Of a stretch of 64,000 nt of DNA, positions 37,242 through 49,893 are shown in pieces (the stretch's first letter is position 1; every line of letters starts with the position of its first letter). Source of the DNA: Utricularia gibba (taxonomy: Eukaryota > Plantae > Magnoliophyta); the NCBI GenBank assembly GCA_002189035.1, contig NEEC01000010.1, forward strand, positions 1,178,001 through 1,242,000, written 5' to 3'. The notes beneath the pieces are model-generated. The model ran no database searches, was not told where the DNA came from, and saw only the letters and a program-made list of their open reading frames with translations. A program made the translations under genes and the position numbers.

Positions 37242-40200
37242 ATGAAGATAAGGACGATCAAGCTTCGGGAAGCTCACAAGAATGGCGATGGCGGGGAGCC
37301 CTGTTTGTCTTCGATTTTGTGGGATGCAGCCGGCGAGCACATCGTCACTGCGTCTTCCGGAGGTAACTCCATATGCATTCACGATGCCGTTTCACTATCC
37401 AATCCGCCTAAGACGCTTCGCAATCACCGGGAGGGGGTTACGGCTTTGGCCCTCTCCCCTGATTCTACATGTCTTGCTTCTGGATCAATTGACCACTCTG
37501 TCAAGCTTTATAAGTTCCCAGGTATGAGTTCTTATTTATATTGATCATTACGCGGTGGGAATTTCATTTCCAGTTTAGATCGACAGTTTGATGAAAAGTA
37601 CGATTTTTTTGTTGATCTAGGTGGAGATTTTGAAAATAATATTACACGATTCACTTTGCCGATTCGTTCTGTGGCGTTCAATAAATCGGGGAGCATTTTG
37701 GCTGCTGCCGGTGATGATGAGGGCATTAAGCTTGTCAATACGATTGATGGAACAATTGCAAGGGTTCTTAAGGGACATAAGGGATCTGTTACAAGTTTAG
37801 CTTTTGATCCTAACAATGACTATTTAGCTTCAGTTGATTCCATCGGCACCGTTATTTACTGGGAACTCCTATCCGGATCTACCCTTCATGTTCTGAATGC
37901 CATTGCACCATATCATGGTTCTAATTTTTCAGTGCTGAATATACTTGCCTGGAGTCCTGATGGAGAAATGTTGGCGGTTCCAGGTCTGAAAAATGATGTG
38001 GTTATGTATGACAGATACACGGCAGAGAAACTGTTTTCCCTCAGGGGTGACCATGTAGAACCTATTTGCTTCATGTCTTGGTCCCCTAATGGGAAATACA
38101 TGGCTACATCTGATTTAGATGGACAGGTTCTTATTTGGGATGTTGACAAGAAGCTGGACATAGAAAGGCAGAAATTTAGTGAACCCATATCTTGTGTCTC
38201 ATGGAAGCCAAATGGAAATGCACTTGCAGTTATTGATGTCACTGGAAAGTATGGTATATGGGAGCCTGCGGTGCCATTGACAATGAAGTCACCAACCGAA
38301 GGTATTCCATCGTCATCTTCAAAAACCAGCAATGGTTTGCTCTTGTTTGATGGAGACGAGGAACCTAATGGCTCAGATGACGCTAGTGATAGTAATGATG
38401 ATACTATTGGTGAACTTGAATTTCCTAGAAGAAAAAGATCACACGAGAATCCCTCCTTTGATGATGACTGGGAAGGAGATACTACTGATAAGTTAGGCAT
38501 TGATACTCAGGATGGATATCATAAAAGAGCTAAATATAAGCATACCGGTAAAAGAAATACTGTATCCAAGAGCATGGTTTCTTCTGTCAGCCCCAAAATG
38601 CAAGAATCTTTTCAGCCTGGATCTACTCCCGCGCATCCAGGAAAGAGGCACTTCCTGTGCTACAATATGACCGGATCTGTGACCTCAATGGAGTATGAAG
38701 GTTATTCCCATATAGAGGTATCCCATTGACTCCCTTTGAGGCCCCGGTTTCCCATCCATTTTGTCCGTTTGTTTTCATGCTGTTTAGAACTTAATTAATA
38801 TAATGAGCTCGCTCCACTAATAATCATGCACTTACAACACGAGACACGATGTGATTAGTTCTCTTACCAGCACCAGCACTTTCATTTTACTTTAAATCCA
38901 TTAATCTGTAGCTGCAATGGAACACATAAAATCTAAGTTTTTTTGTATTGGAGAGGGTGTAGGCATATTGGCTCTTATTGTTTCCCTACAAATGTGGATT
39001 TTTTTGGCTGCAGATAGAATTCCATGATACCAGTAGTTGTGCACGTATTCCAGCAATGACGGACTATTTTGGCATTACAATGGCTTCTCTAAATGATAAT
39101 GGGTGTGCATTTGCGAATCCTTCAAGGGATGGGAAGCAAACGAGCATGCTTACTTATCGTCCTTTCAAAAGTTGGGCGAATAACAGCGAGGTAGCTCTTC
39201 CTTTTCAAACTCTCTCGAGTTAGCATGAGAACTTATCATGTAAGGTGTGAAGTTTCCTTCATTGATCTATTGTTTCTGCTATACCATGCAAATATAGTGG
39301 TCCATGCGGTTTGAAGGGGAAGATGTTAGAGCAGTTGCAGTGGGGACCGGTTGGGTTGCTGCTTTAACAAGCCTCAATTTTCTTCGTATCTTCACAGAGG
39401 GGGGTCTGCAGGTTTTATTCCTTCTAAAACTTTTAACAGTCTTGCTTGTTCTGCAACCAAATGAAACAACAGTGCTATGACCTTGAGTAAAATCTAACAT
39501 AGTCGGCTGATCCAGAAACACATTCTCTCTCTCGATGGGCCCGTGGTTACTGCAGCTGGCTACAAGGATCAATTAGCAATTGTAACCCACATTTCCTCCA
39601 CTTTGCCAACGAATGAACAGGTACTTAATGTATGAATATTCTCATATTTATTTGTATATTTTTCTGCTAAAATTGCCAGCTGATACGCTCTCCGGATTGC
39701 AGATGCTTGAGCTTAGAGTCCTTAATATTCCTCAAGGAATGGAGTCTCTGAAAGCAAGGGTTCCGCTGACCCCTGGATCTTGTTTATCTTGGTTTGGTTT
39801 CAGTGAGGAAGGCCAGTTGAGTTCTTTTGATTCTAAGGTGCATATTTTATCAATTTATTTTTTCTGCCGTAATTTCGTTTGATATTAAAAATAAGTCATT
39901 AATGCCTAGGGCGTTTTGAGGATATTTACAAGTCAATTTGGTGGATGCTGGCTTCCTCTCTTCAGGTACTTCAGTAATCGCAATGTGTAGTAGTTATAGT
40001 GATTCAATTGCAGTTATATCACAAAATTTCAGGCGAAGCATCACTTGGCTTTTGTGCTAGACTTGAGGTTGAATCACTCAAACAAGCACAGAGTCATTTC
40101 CATTCATTATTACACGACCATTTATTGTACAATGTAAAAAGATATGACACTCAAATTTCAGCGCAAGCAAACTACAGAAGCCGAATGAGAGCTACTGGAT

Positions 40201-41493
40201 AGTTGGACTAAACACGAGCAAGTTGTTTTGCATTGTTTGCAAGTCTCCTGAATCCTTCCCACAGGTAGTTTGTTGTTATCTTGGAGTAATTGTTTTCCTT
40301 TATGATAAAAAGTTAACCTCTATTGCTGGATTCTCAGACCACTCCAAAGCCTGTCCTCACGCTTCTGGACCTGTCATTTCCTGTTGCTTCATCCGATCTT
40401 GGTGCAGATAGCCTTGAGAATGAGTTTATGCTGAATAACATGCATCTCTCACATGTAAGCTCCATGAGCATTTAGGCATACTACACGTGCTATGTGATTG
40501 CGGTTTTAATATCATGTGTGTGTAGTACTAACGGGTAGCACTTTAATTACCCACTCCTGCATTTCTTCTACTGAATCATTACTTCCATCTCATTCAGCTT
40601 CAGAGAACCATAGAAGAAAGAGCAGCGTCTGGGCTTGATACCAGTTCACTTGATGATGATGCTTTCGACATAGAAACATCATTAGATAGATGCATCTTGA
40701 GGCTAATTGCATCCTGTTGCAATGGTAGGATTTCCTTTGGCAGGCAATGTTTAGTACATTTTTCTTATTAATGATGCTTTTTTGGTTTATCTACATCCTC
40801 CCTTGATCTTACCTCTTTTCTTGCTTTTCAAGGTGACAAGTTATTTCGAGCCACAGAACTTGTAAAACTTCTTTCCTTAGAGAAATCACTCAGAGGAGCC
40901 ATCAAACTTGCAACTTCATTGAAGCAACCAAATCTGGCCGAGCGGTTTAACGACATACTAGAGGTGAAATTTGAATTTTGAACATGCCTTACTATAATCT
41001 TTCGTAGTAGATTTCGCATTAGATCTGGAAAAATGAAACTGGGGGCGACTGGTAAGTAAGCAGGACATCTGTTTAGCGTTCCTACATACTCTAAAACATT
41101 TACTTGGAATTTTTGCAGGAAAGGTTGCTTGGTTCTAAGATTGGAAACTCTCCCCAAGGCATGAAGTCCAATTCCAGTGTCTCCACCCAGCCGGAAAAGT
41201 CTGTGTTTCCGAAGCCTTGCCCTCCGCAAGAAGCCAGCAACCCACCAAAACACACAGCTTCATCTTCTCTGATTGTTGCATCAGCAACGAATAAAGGAGA
41301 GAAGAATCAAACTCCTGCATCCAAAAACACAGCCATCAAGGCATCAAACGTCGATGGCCATAAAAATGGTGAACATAAGAAGATGACGAAGTTGGATCAA
41401 GTGAATCCGACCCGTCCCTGCAATCCGTTTGCAAAGCAGTCAAGCAATCAAGAGACTTCCTCTTTGTTCGATTCTCTTAAGAAGGCAAGATAA
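37242..41493 (+). CDS. CTF4: WD repeat and HMG-box DNA-binding protein 1 / CTF4 / AND-1 orthologue, 12 exons
   Basis: N-terminal WD40 propeller (HREGVTALALSPD, RFTLPIRSVAFN, LKGHKGSVTSLAFDP), acidic linker, SepB domain start MQESFQPGSTP...RHFLCYNMTG, helical C-terminus and NPFAK motif. All exons in frame. Confidence 0.93.
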
Positions 41494-41527
41494 GACAACA
41501 GCTACGGGAGCAAGTTGTTCAGGTGAC

Positions 41528-42696
41528 GAATTAATTGGCTATCTAGCCCTCTGCAAAAAACTTCTTTACTAAATGGCCCTATTTGGTAGACCTTAGTTAA
41601 ATGGCCCTACTTTATGTAAATAGTCCTATTTTTATCATAAATTAAAAAATAAAATAATTATTATTTACGAAAAATACAATTAATGTATATATAATTCTAT
41701 ATTAATTAATATTATGATTTTATATTTTTATTTCTACTCAAATTATATATATTTAATGATTTAATTTTAAAAATATAACATAAATATCAATATGAATATT
41801 TAGTAGTTATATTAAAATGTTTTCATAATAAATTAATATAAAAAAGACATGAAAATATTTATACAAAATTATTATAGTAAATGCTTTTAACTTAATTTAT
41901 TTAACCCAAAAATATGTTATGGTACGTCGTCTAATGATATAATAATACAAAATAATATTTCTCAATATTTTTTTAAAAAATTAAATGTGAAAAATCTATT
42001 AATCAATATTTTTATCTATTTAGTATAATATTCAATCTTATACCTAATTTATTAAGTTATTTGACTAATAGATTTTCATATTTAGTTTTTTTAAAAAAAC
42101 TAGAAATATTATTATGTATTAATTATATTATTAGATGATGTATCAAAACATATTTTTGGATTAAATAAATTCAATTGAAACATTTGATACAATAATTTTT
42201 TATAAATATTTCCATTCTTTTTGAAATACTAATGAAACTAAGAATACTAAAAAAACTAATATTATCATGAAATTACCTAAAATACAAAAAAAATTCATGA
42301 TAATTATACAAATTAATCAGTGAATTATAACAACAATCAATATCACAAAAAAGTTTCATTAGATTATGAAAACATTTTTAGGATAATCACAAAATAGTCA
42401 TATTGATACATATGTTATATTTTTACAATTAAATAATTAAATATATCTAATTTTAATAGAAATAAAAATATAAATCGAAATATTAATTATAAAAAATTAT
42501 ATATATACACATGTAATGTATATTTAATTTTATTTTATTATTTTTCGTAATAAAAATTATTTTATTCTTTATTTATGATAAAAGTAGGACTATTTACCTA
42601 ATACCTAAAAAAAGTAGGGCTATTTAGCTAAAGTCTACCAAATAGGACCATTTAGCCAAGAGTTTTTTTGCAGAGGGCTATATAGCCAATTCACCC
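41528..42696. mobile_element. Foldback Mutator-like non-autonomous element (1169 bp), 10-bp TSD, arms spanning almost the whole element
   Basis: TTCAGGTGAC at 41518-41527 and 42697-42706. The left end aattggctatctagccctctgcaaaaaac... matches the reverse complement of the right end ...gtttttttgcagagggctatatagccaatt. Arm similarity continues to a loop at about 42006-42060. Confidence 0.92.
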
Positions 42697-43244
42697 TTCA
42701 GGTGACACTTCTCCCTTGAAGTTTGAGGTACATAGTTGAAACATTACAGCTGTTGGGTTTTAGGAATACATGAGGACTACTCATTTGTTTGGTGTAATTG
42801 TTCAATGGATTGATACTTGTGAAAGAAAAGCTCATTATTTGTTCATATGCATCCCTCGAATGTCCCTGTGTTGAATCATCGACCGTATACATAATTAGAT
42901 CACCTCGAACGGTTTCATTCTGCTTGAGTCTAATTGTTGAGCGAAAAGTTTGCTCATAAACTCATTGTTTCACCAACGGTGGATTCTTTTTGGAGTATGC
43001 TTTTCTTTTTGTACAGAAACACAGGTACAAACATGCTCTTCTTTCCCTTTGTTTTCCTGCCTTCATTCATTAGAGTTTTTTGTTCTGTTCTGACGAAGAA
43101 CAAAAAGAAGGAAAGAACGAGCAAAGCCCCAGAAGACAAAATTCACATTAGCCAATGAATGCAACTCTCCTGTGAATGTGGAGTAAACACTGCATCTCCT
43201 TGAGTTAAGAAAACAGAAATCTTGCTCACAACTTCATATGAGAC

Positions 43245-44757
43245 TCACCTATCAATTCTTGGACCTGTGTATCTTCCTGAACGCATATACAGGTCGTCCG
43301 GGGTATCGATCTCCAAGAGCCAAGCATAATCCTCTTCATTCTGATCATGGATTACGTCCAACTCCATAGCTGAAATATTGATCATGACATGAGATGGCTC
43401 CTCAAGCACCACCACAACAAACTCTTCAGTGAGACTTGTGCAATATCATGAAGTGAAGCTACTTACGGATGCTGGAAACTGGATAATCACGGTAGTAAGA
43501 ACACTTCCTGCCTACATATTCGTTGTATGGAGGTGCAAGTATGTCGAGGACGGCACAAGGAGTAATGGCTGTAAAACAGTGCAGATTCCCTCCACTCCTT
43601 GGGTATAAAATGGACGTACATGGAGCTGACAGAACTTTATCCACGACCAGTTTCGCCAATCTCACTGTAATGGTAAGAGCATTTGATCAACTTCCATAAG
43701 ATCATAATTAACTTAGTTTAAATCAGTCAAGAAACACAGCGGAGGATTACAGAAACTAGTATAGATAAAGAAAATGTGAAAACCAGACCTGTAGAATGAC
43801 CAGCTCCAATTTTTCGAATGCGAGCAGGTTCTACCCAGTCATAAGCTTTCACATGCAATGAACCATACAAGACTTTGCTCAAGACAGTCATGCCAGGATG
43901 ATCATGAAGTGGATTACAGAGGAAGTAGGGAAGCTAAATATACACATCTGCACAAATCCACAGGCAACATAATACAAGACATTTGTAAGCATGCAGCGGA
44001 TAAGTCTAAAGAAAGAAAGTAAAAGACACCATCGCTAAACGCATTTGTTATCCTTCGTGAGTCAAGTTAACATTCTTGAAACACAGAAAAACAACTAGCT
44101 GAACAGCTATTGCAATCAAGGATGATTTCCAAACTCCAAGGTACTCTTTCTTACACAAGAACACACAGGTCCACTCTCAAGCCTCCACACAGCAGCACTC
44201 ATGGTAACCCAAACATTCAAACTCTCGATCTCATCCCTTAGAGAGGTTCAATACATGCATTTTAATTAGAGGGCTTGCAACGAAAACCAGTAAGAATATG
44301 AAAACATTACGTAAGACTGAAAAAGCATACCGTAAAATTTTGTCCCTCGTGTATATCAACATAGGTTATAGGCTGACTCCACCTATCAATCCTACTGAAC
44401 GACGTATTCTGGAAAGGACCATGGCCCCGATCATCCTCTTCACTCACAAAATCACAAAGGCCAACATCAGATGGACCAACTGAACCTGCAAAAAAAAAAA
44501 AAAAAAAAAAAAAAAAGCGCCCTAAATACCCACAAAACCAATTCACAGAAATCTCTCAAAAGCATCTAGTAGAATCAAAGGGCGTCAGAAAAACGCATAC
44601 CCAACGAAGTGCAGAGGTTCTGGATAGCCCGAGGAGGAGGTGGGGAAGGTGTTGACGGACTAAATGTTAGCTTGCAAAGGTCGTACAAGGCTTGAATAGA
44701 TGACGGCTTCCCTTTCTTCATCTGGGCCATTGAGAAAAGCCTTCGAAGTACGAACAT
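43245..44757 (-). CDS. PCO3: Plant cysteine oxidase (PCO3-like thiol dioxygenase), 5 exons; -1 frameshift at 43911-43912 as assembled
   Basis: [28 protein letters not shown], (P)[75 protein letters not shown]. Confidence 0.9.
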
Positions 44758-45595
44758 TTCCGTATTTTCAGACGACTGAAGTATCACGCCGGGTCCATTG
44801 CCCTCAAAAATTATCCCGTCAGGCGGAAACTCCACTCAGAAGATACCTGGGAAAATTTTTACTCATCTGACCAAGTTCGAAGATCTCCCGGAACACTCAG
44901 GCGTACCGGATATCCTCTTGAAGCCCTCCATTTTTGCCGAGAATGACGTGGGCAGGGCAAGCCACAAGATAGATTCAGCGTTGATGACACGTCTCCAGCA
45001 CAGCATCCATCCAAAATCAAATTTTTTGTTAGTTTGTGGGATTTAAAAAACATATTTCCCAATGTAAAAATACCTAAATTTGCAAGGACGTTCTTGCAAA
45101 ACACGAGAAGCTCTGGCCGGGGGAGGAAGAAAGGACAGAGAGAAATTCTTCGTATAAATACTAGGAAGGGCTTCTAGTTTCAGCTTGCGTCGAGCCCTAT
45201 ACTTTACCGATCCATTTCTGGATCTTCGTTTTTCTTTCTAGTTTCTCAGTATCGAATAAATTTGATCTTCGTAGGGCTAGCTGGGGGGAAGCTTTATAGA
45301 ACATAATCGCAAAAGATCAGGGATTTCCACCCTTGTTCACCGACGCCATTTACATTACTTACGCTAGCATATTACTGTTTTGTTGGAGACTGTCTCGGAT
45401 CTGTAAAAGTTTTGTGTTTTCTGACTTCCCTGTTTGTTCGAGTACTCGAAAGCGGGCAGCATTTGAATTACCTAATCAAGAAATATTGTTTTTTCAGTTG
45501 CGTCAGGCAATTGGGTTGTACTTTTCTTTGCTGTTGCTCCTGCGTTTGAACATACTGTTGTGAAGTTGGCCTAATTTTGTGGGAACATTACAGCC

Positions 45596-45756
45596 ATGGA
45601 TAAGAGGAAAGTTGTAGCTCCGTTGGTTTGCCACGGGCATTCACGTCCAGTTGTCGATTTATTCTACAGCCCAATAACGCCTGATGGATTCTTCCTTGTC
45701 AGTGCGAGCAAAGGTTACCCTTTCTTTCTTGAAATGAACAATTTCATTTTGCGGAT

Positions 45757-45788
<32 letters not shown>

Positions 45789-47004
45789 TTGAAGTGATGC
45801 ACATGATTCTGTTCTTTGCGAAATTATTTACTGCTAAGGTGTCTTCCAGAAGGATAATTTGTATCCCATATCTCTTTTTTAGACTCGACGCCGATGCTGA
45901 GAAATGGTGAAACGGGAGATTGGATTGGGACCTTTCAAGGTCATAAGGGTGCCGTGTGGAGTTGTTGTTTGGATAAGCATGCTCTGCGTGCTGCCTCTGC
46001 ATCTGCAGATTTTTCAGCGTATGCAGCATTGAACTGTTCCTCATTATTCGTATCTTGGGTGTCTTTCTAATGTATTCAATCCAGAACAAGTAGTTCTTTT
46101 GTTGCAGGAAATTGTGGGATGCATTAACTGGCGATGAGTTGCATTCTTTTGAGCATAAGCACATTGTCCGTGCGTGTGCCTTCTCAGAGGTACTCATGCA
46201 TTTTCATGTGATGGCTAATGGATCCTCATCCACCAATCGTCTGTAAATGATTTTCTGTTGATGATGTTTAGCGTTTTTACAGTAGTTCTTATTGTTCTAT
46301 CTGAAATACGGCCTGCTTCCAGGTTGTGGGATGTGAGAACTGGCACAATTGTGCGGACGCTTGACACCAAGTCAAGTGTTATGAGTGCCGAAGTAAGCCA
46401 AGACGGTCGGTATATAACGACAGCTGATGGATCCACCGTAAAGTTTTGGGATGCAAATCAGTATATCTCCTAATTTCAGCAACAATTTGGGAGTAGTTTT
46501 TCTTCTTGGATTCATCTTTACAGGCATATTGTGATGCAGCTTTGGATTGGTGAAGAGTTTCGATATGCCCTGCATTGTGGAATCAGCCTCACTGGAGCCC
46601 AAGTGCGGGAACAAGTTTGTTGCTGGTGGAGAAGACATGTGGATTCACGTATTTGATTTCCACACTGGGGAACAAATTGGTATCCATGGCCACCTAGCCT
46701 TTCAAGGATACACATATGTATCTGTATCTTCCTTCTCTTTGGTTTCAATACTCGCCCATATGCAGGATGCAACAAGGGACACCATGGGCCTGTCCACTGT
46801 ATACGCTTCTCGCCAGAAGGCCGGTCGTATGCCTCTGGTTCGGAGGATGGAACCATTCGCATATGGCAGATAGGGGAGCAAGATGCATCTGGTGCAGCAG
46901 CTGATGGAACTACTTTCCAGGTTGAGAAACAAGATAAGGCCGACGTTCCCCTGAAGCCTCCGGCTCAGAGCAGCGACAAGACCATCACCACAGAAGCTGA
47001 ATGA
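45596..47004 (+). CDS. STRAP: STRAP/UNRIP-like WD40 protein; one internal exon absent as assembled (possible pseudogene or assembly deletion)
   Basis: [60 protein letters not shown], then directly LWDVRTG..., [26 protein letters not shown]. Confidence 0.88.
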
Positions 47005-47505
47005 CTATGCTGTATTGGCGCTACTTATACCCTCCAGGTTTGAATGTATGTTTGGAATGTCAACTGGGAAGTATTTTGAAGCTCTGAATATTATATACCG
47101 CTTTGAATCTGTTGATCCCTTGTTGTTGAGTTAGTTGGTGGTTGTGGGCTCTGCCTGTTGAAAGGGTTCTGTTCTTGGGGAAGATGAAAGACATTGCACT
47201 CTGCTTGTCTAAGAGAGCTTAAAGCTCATGCCTGATGGAAGAATATACCCGAAAGTATAATTATACCCTCGTGATCCCTGTAATGTTTTGTAGTGGTGAT
47301 GGATAAGGTGTTTTATGCAATATTTTGGAATCGTGGGAATAAAATTGAATATTAAATAGTTAATCTAATTAAAAAAGTAGGTGAATTTGTATTTTGAGCA
47401 ATTTAGAGTACAATTGTGAAATAATCTAAAATTTAGGATTTAGGGATAGATATACAATTTCTAAAAAGATTTGGTGCATTATGGAATTAAATCAATGGTA
47501 TACCT

Positions 47506-47513
47506 AAACCCTA
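47506..47513 (+). promoter_or_regulatory. Telo-box AAACCCTA at the probable TSS region of the 48328 gene
   Basis: Exact motif at the AT-rich to GC-richer transition. Confidence 0.5.
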
Positions 47514-48327
47514 GGCAGCCGATCTCCTGGGAATCGGTAACTGGCGATTTCTTTGGTTCAAAGAGCTACGAAGCGAAGGCGCGGTAGGTGTTCTGGCAAA
47601 TCATTTTGAAAGTTTGCATTTCACGTTTTTTCTCTTTTAGTGATCCTGTAAACTCAAATGCACCCTCAGTAGAAGGTTTGTTGCGTCATGATTGCAATTT
47701 TTCTGTGTTTTACATTCGGCTTAGTAGGGAAGAATCTGATTTGAAATTCAGTATGAAGGGGTTCTTTCGTTCAACAAGTGTATGATAACGAATCTAAGGG
47801 GAGGAGAAGAGACTTGCTGTGTAAGAATTATGAGAAAGTTGAAAGGAAGTGTCTTTTAGGGGCCGAACTTTCAAACTTCTTCACAAAGAAATTTCTTGCG
47901 AGTGCGTGGCTAAACTAGGTCTAATGCAGTGCAGCCATAGCAACGTGGAATTCTTCCACCCAAGATACAGTTTTCCGATTCTTTGAATATTTTGAGCATC
48001 GAATAAGCTTACAGTTTGAAAAGAATCACTATTGTAAATCAGGTGATATAGTTTGTGGGGAAATGGCGTATAGATTTTGAAAGACCATATTGTTTGTATT
48101 TAGTGTTGTTTCTGTGCTTGTAACCCAAAAAATATACCGAGAGATATGGTCACTTTATTTGCTGCACAATATTGTTGAGTGTTGGAGTGTCTGAAGTTGT
48201 TTCTCTGTTTGTTGGGAAAACTAAGCTGTAGTACATGGTTAAGCTTGTTTCTCTGAATTCGTAGAGGTTACACTCACCCCATTTAGGCTGATGGATGCTC
48301 TTGTCCAGGATTCTTCAGGGCTTCTTG

Positions 48328-48585
48328 ATGGAAGCTTCTCCACGGGTTAATGTTACCTTTCATCTGGGATCTGAAACATACGTCACTCATGCGAACGAGG
48401 GACTTGTTTCAGAGCAACTTAACTTTGTCAAGGAGCAGACCATGAGCTTTCTGAAAGACTTCATAACGAAGAACAACATTCCCAACGAGGTTCCTGATGA
48501 CATCGAAGAGGCTCTGTCCGACGAAGATGATGATGGAATACTTGAAAAGCCTCCCGTGAAGAAATCAAAGAACCAGAGTTTGTAA
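48328..48585 (+). CDS. Small (85 aa) conserved-looking acidic protein, single coding exon
   Basis: MEASPRVNVTFHLGSETY...LSEQL..VKEQTMSFLKDFITKNNIPNEVPD...DEDDD...KPPVKKSK. It resembles a small uncharacterised plant family as I recall it. Confidence 0.75.
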   Translation: MEASPRVNVTFHLGSETYVTHANEGLVSEQLNFVKEQTMSFLKDFITKNNIPNEVPDDIEEALSDEDDDGILEKPPVKKSKNQSL

Positions 48586-49795
48586 GCTTCTGATGGTTTC
48601 TTGTATTGAACTCCACAGATGATGATGAGGTCGTTCATCAGGAAGCTTCTCTTTATTCAAATAAAATAAAATTAGCTCATTTTTGTTTGAGTAAATTGCG
48701 TCAAAACGTTAAAAACGTTTAATATTTTTAGTAAAATTAATCTCTTTTTACGACAAATTATGTATATCATTCTTCTTGACAAAATAAATTTTTAAAATAT
48801 TATATATTGAATACAATTAGTATCTAAAATTTGACGTACCGGTATAATTAATTTTCTAATGTTTGGGAGATATTTTGGTATTCGGTAATCTAAATTTGAC
48901 ATGATTATTAGATTGCCATGGGGACTGAGGTTTTATAATACAAGACCAAGTAGTCATGGTATCCACAACAATGGTAATATGCAACCTCATTAAAAGAGAT
49001 AGTGTTAATGATGTTGGCTAAGTTTGTAAAACTCACTCCATAATTGATTTTTAAAAATTCTGATAAAATGATAATTAATATATGTTTGAAATTATTTTTT
49101 AAAATAATTATTATAAAATAAATTCATATTTAGAGCATCAAAAATAAAAATTGATTTTAATAAGTAAATGATATTATCCATATTTATTAATAATTATTTC
49201 ACAAATATAAATTTAAAAATATTTTTATATAATATTTGTATTATAAAAATATTATACGATTTTTAAATTGATAGAATTCTGATAGAATTTATTCTTATGA
49301 TTTCCAAACATTATTATTAACTTTATGAAAATTGGATAACATATGTTCAAAATGTGAGAGAGGGATAACATATGTACTAGCATTAGCCAAATCTATTAGG
49401 TAGTTAGATAACTTATAAATCTAATTACCTTATCATGTTATTTTACATATAATTTTAACTGATGAGATGTATAAGAAGATCAAGATTTAATATGCATGTT
49501 AAATTAAACAAATTAATTTATCAACAAAATTTTTTTAATTAAAATATTATTAAATTTAATAAATGGATTATTTATGATTAAACGCGTAAATATGTATTTA
49601 TGATTATGAGAGTAAATATGTCATTTAATTGCATAATTTATTTTTTATACATCAAACACATCTCATTCATCAATTTTATTGTTATAATAAGTATCTCCCT
49701 ACTTATCATTAAAACTTATAAAACACCCCCATTGTAATTTTATCCTTTCAATATTAAAATAAATAATATATATATTATTTATTTTAATATTGAAA

Positions 49796-49797
<2 letters not shown>

Positions 49798-49839
<42 letters not shown>

Positions 49840-49843
49840 TTTT
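49798..49843. repeat. (TA)n microsatellite followed by poly-T
   Basis: About 17 TA units then a T run, just upstream of the PPR gene. Confidence 0.9.
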
Positions 49844-49893
49844 TCTGGTTGTGGTTGTGTAATTGGTGTGTTTGATGGTGGACGCGCGCTACA

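Noticed and set aside
37913-38500. 195-aa antisense ORF in CTF4, and similar ones at 21570-22052, 26300-26722, 53018-53413 and 57879-58412
   Set aside because: Shadow ORFs opposite long coding exons, expected from codon bias.
38718-38725. GTATCC-starting donors in CTF4 (38718), STRAP (46680) and MLO (61910) as extra U12 introns
   Set aside because: They read GTATCCCA or GTATCCAT rather than GTATCCTT, and I saw no TCCTTAAC-like branch site near their acceptors.
43199-43248. AG|GTGAGT donor overlapping the PCO3 stop as evidence of an extra coding exon
   Set aside because: The protein is already full length at ...GPRIDR*. The nearest acceptor gives a 50-nt intron, which is too short, and the next adds only a few residues.
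48689-48900. GAGTAAATTGC as a MULE terminus downstream of the small gene
   Set aside because: No matching opposite TIR or TSD found.
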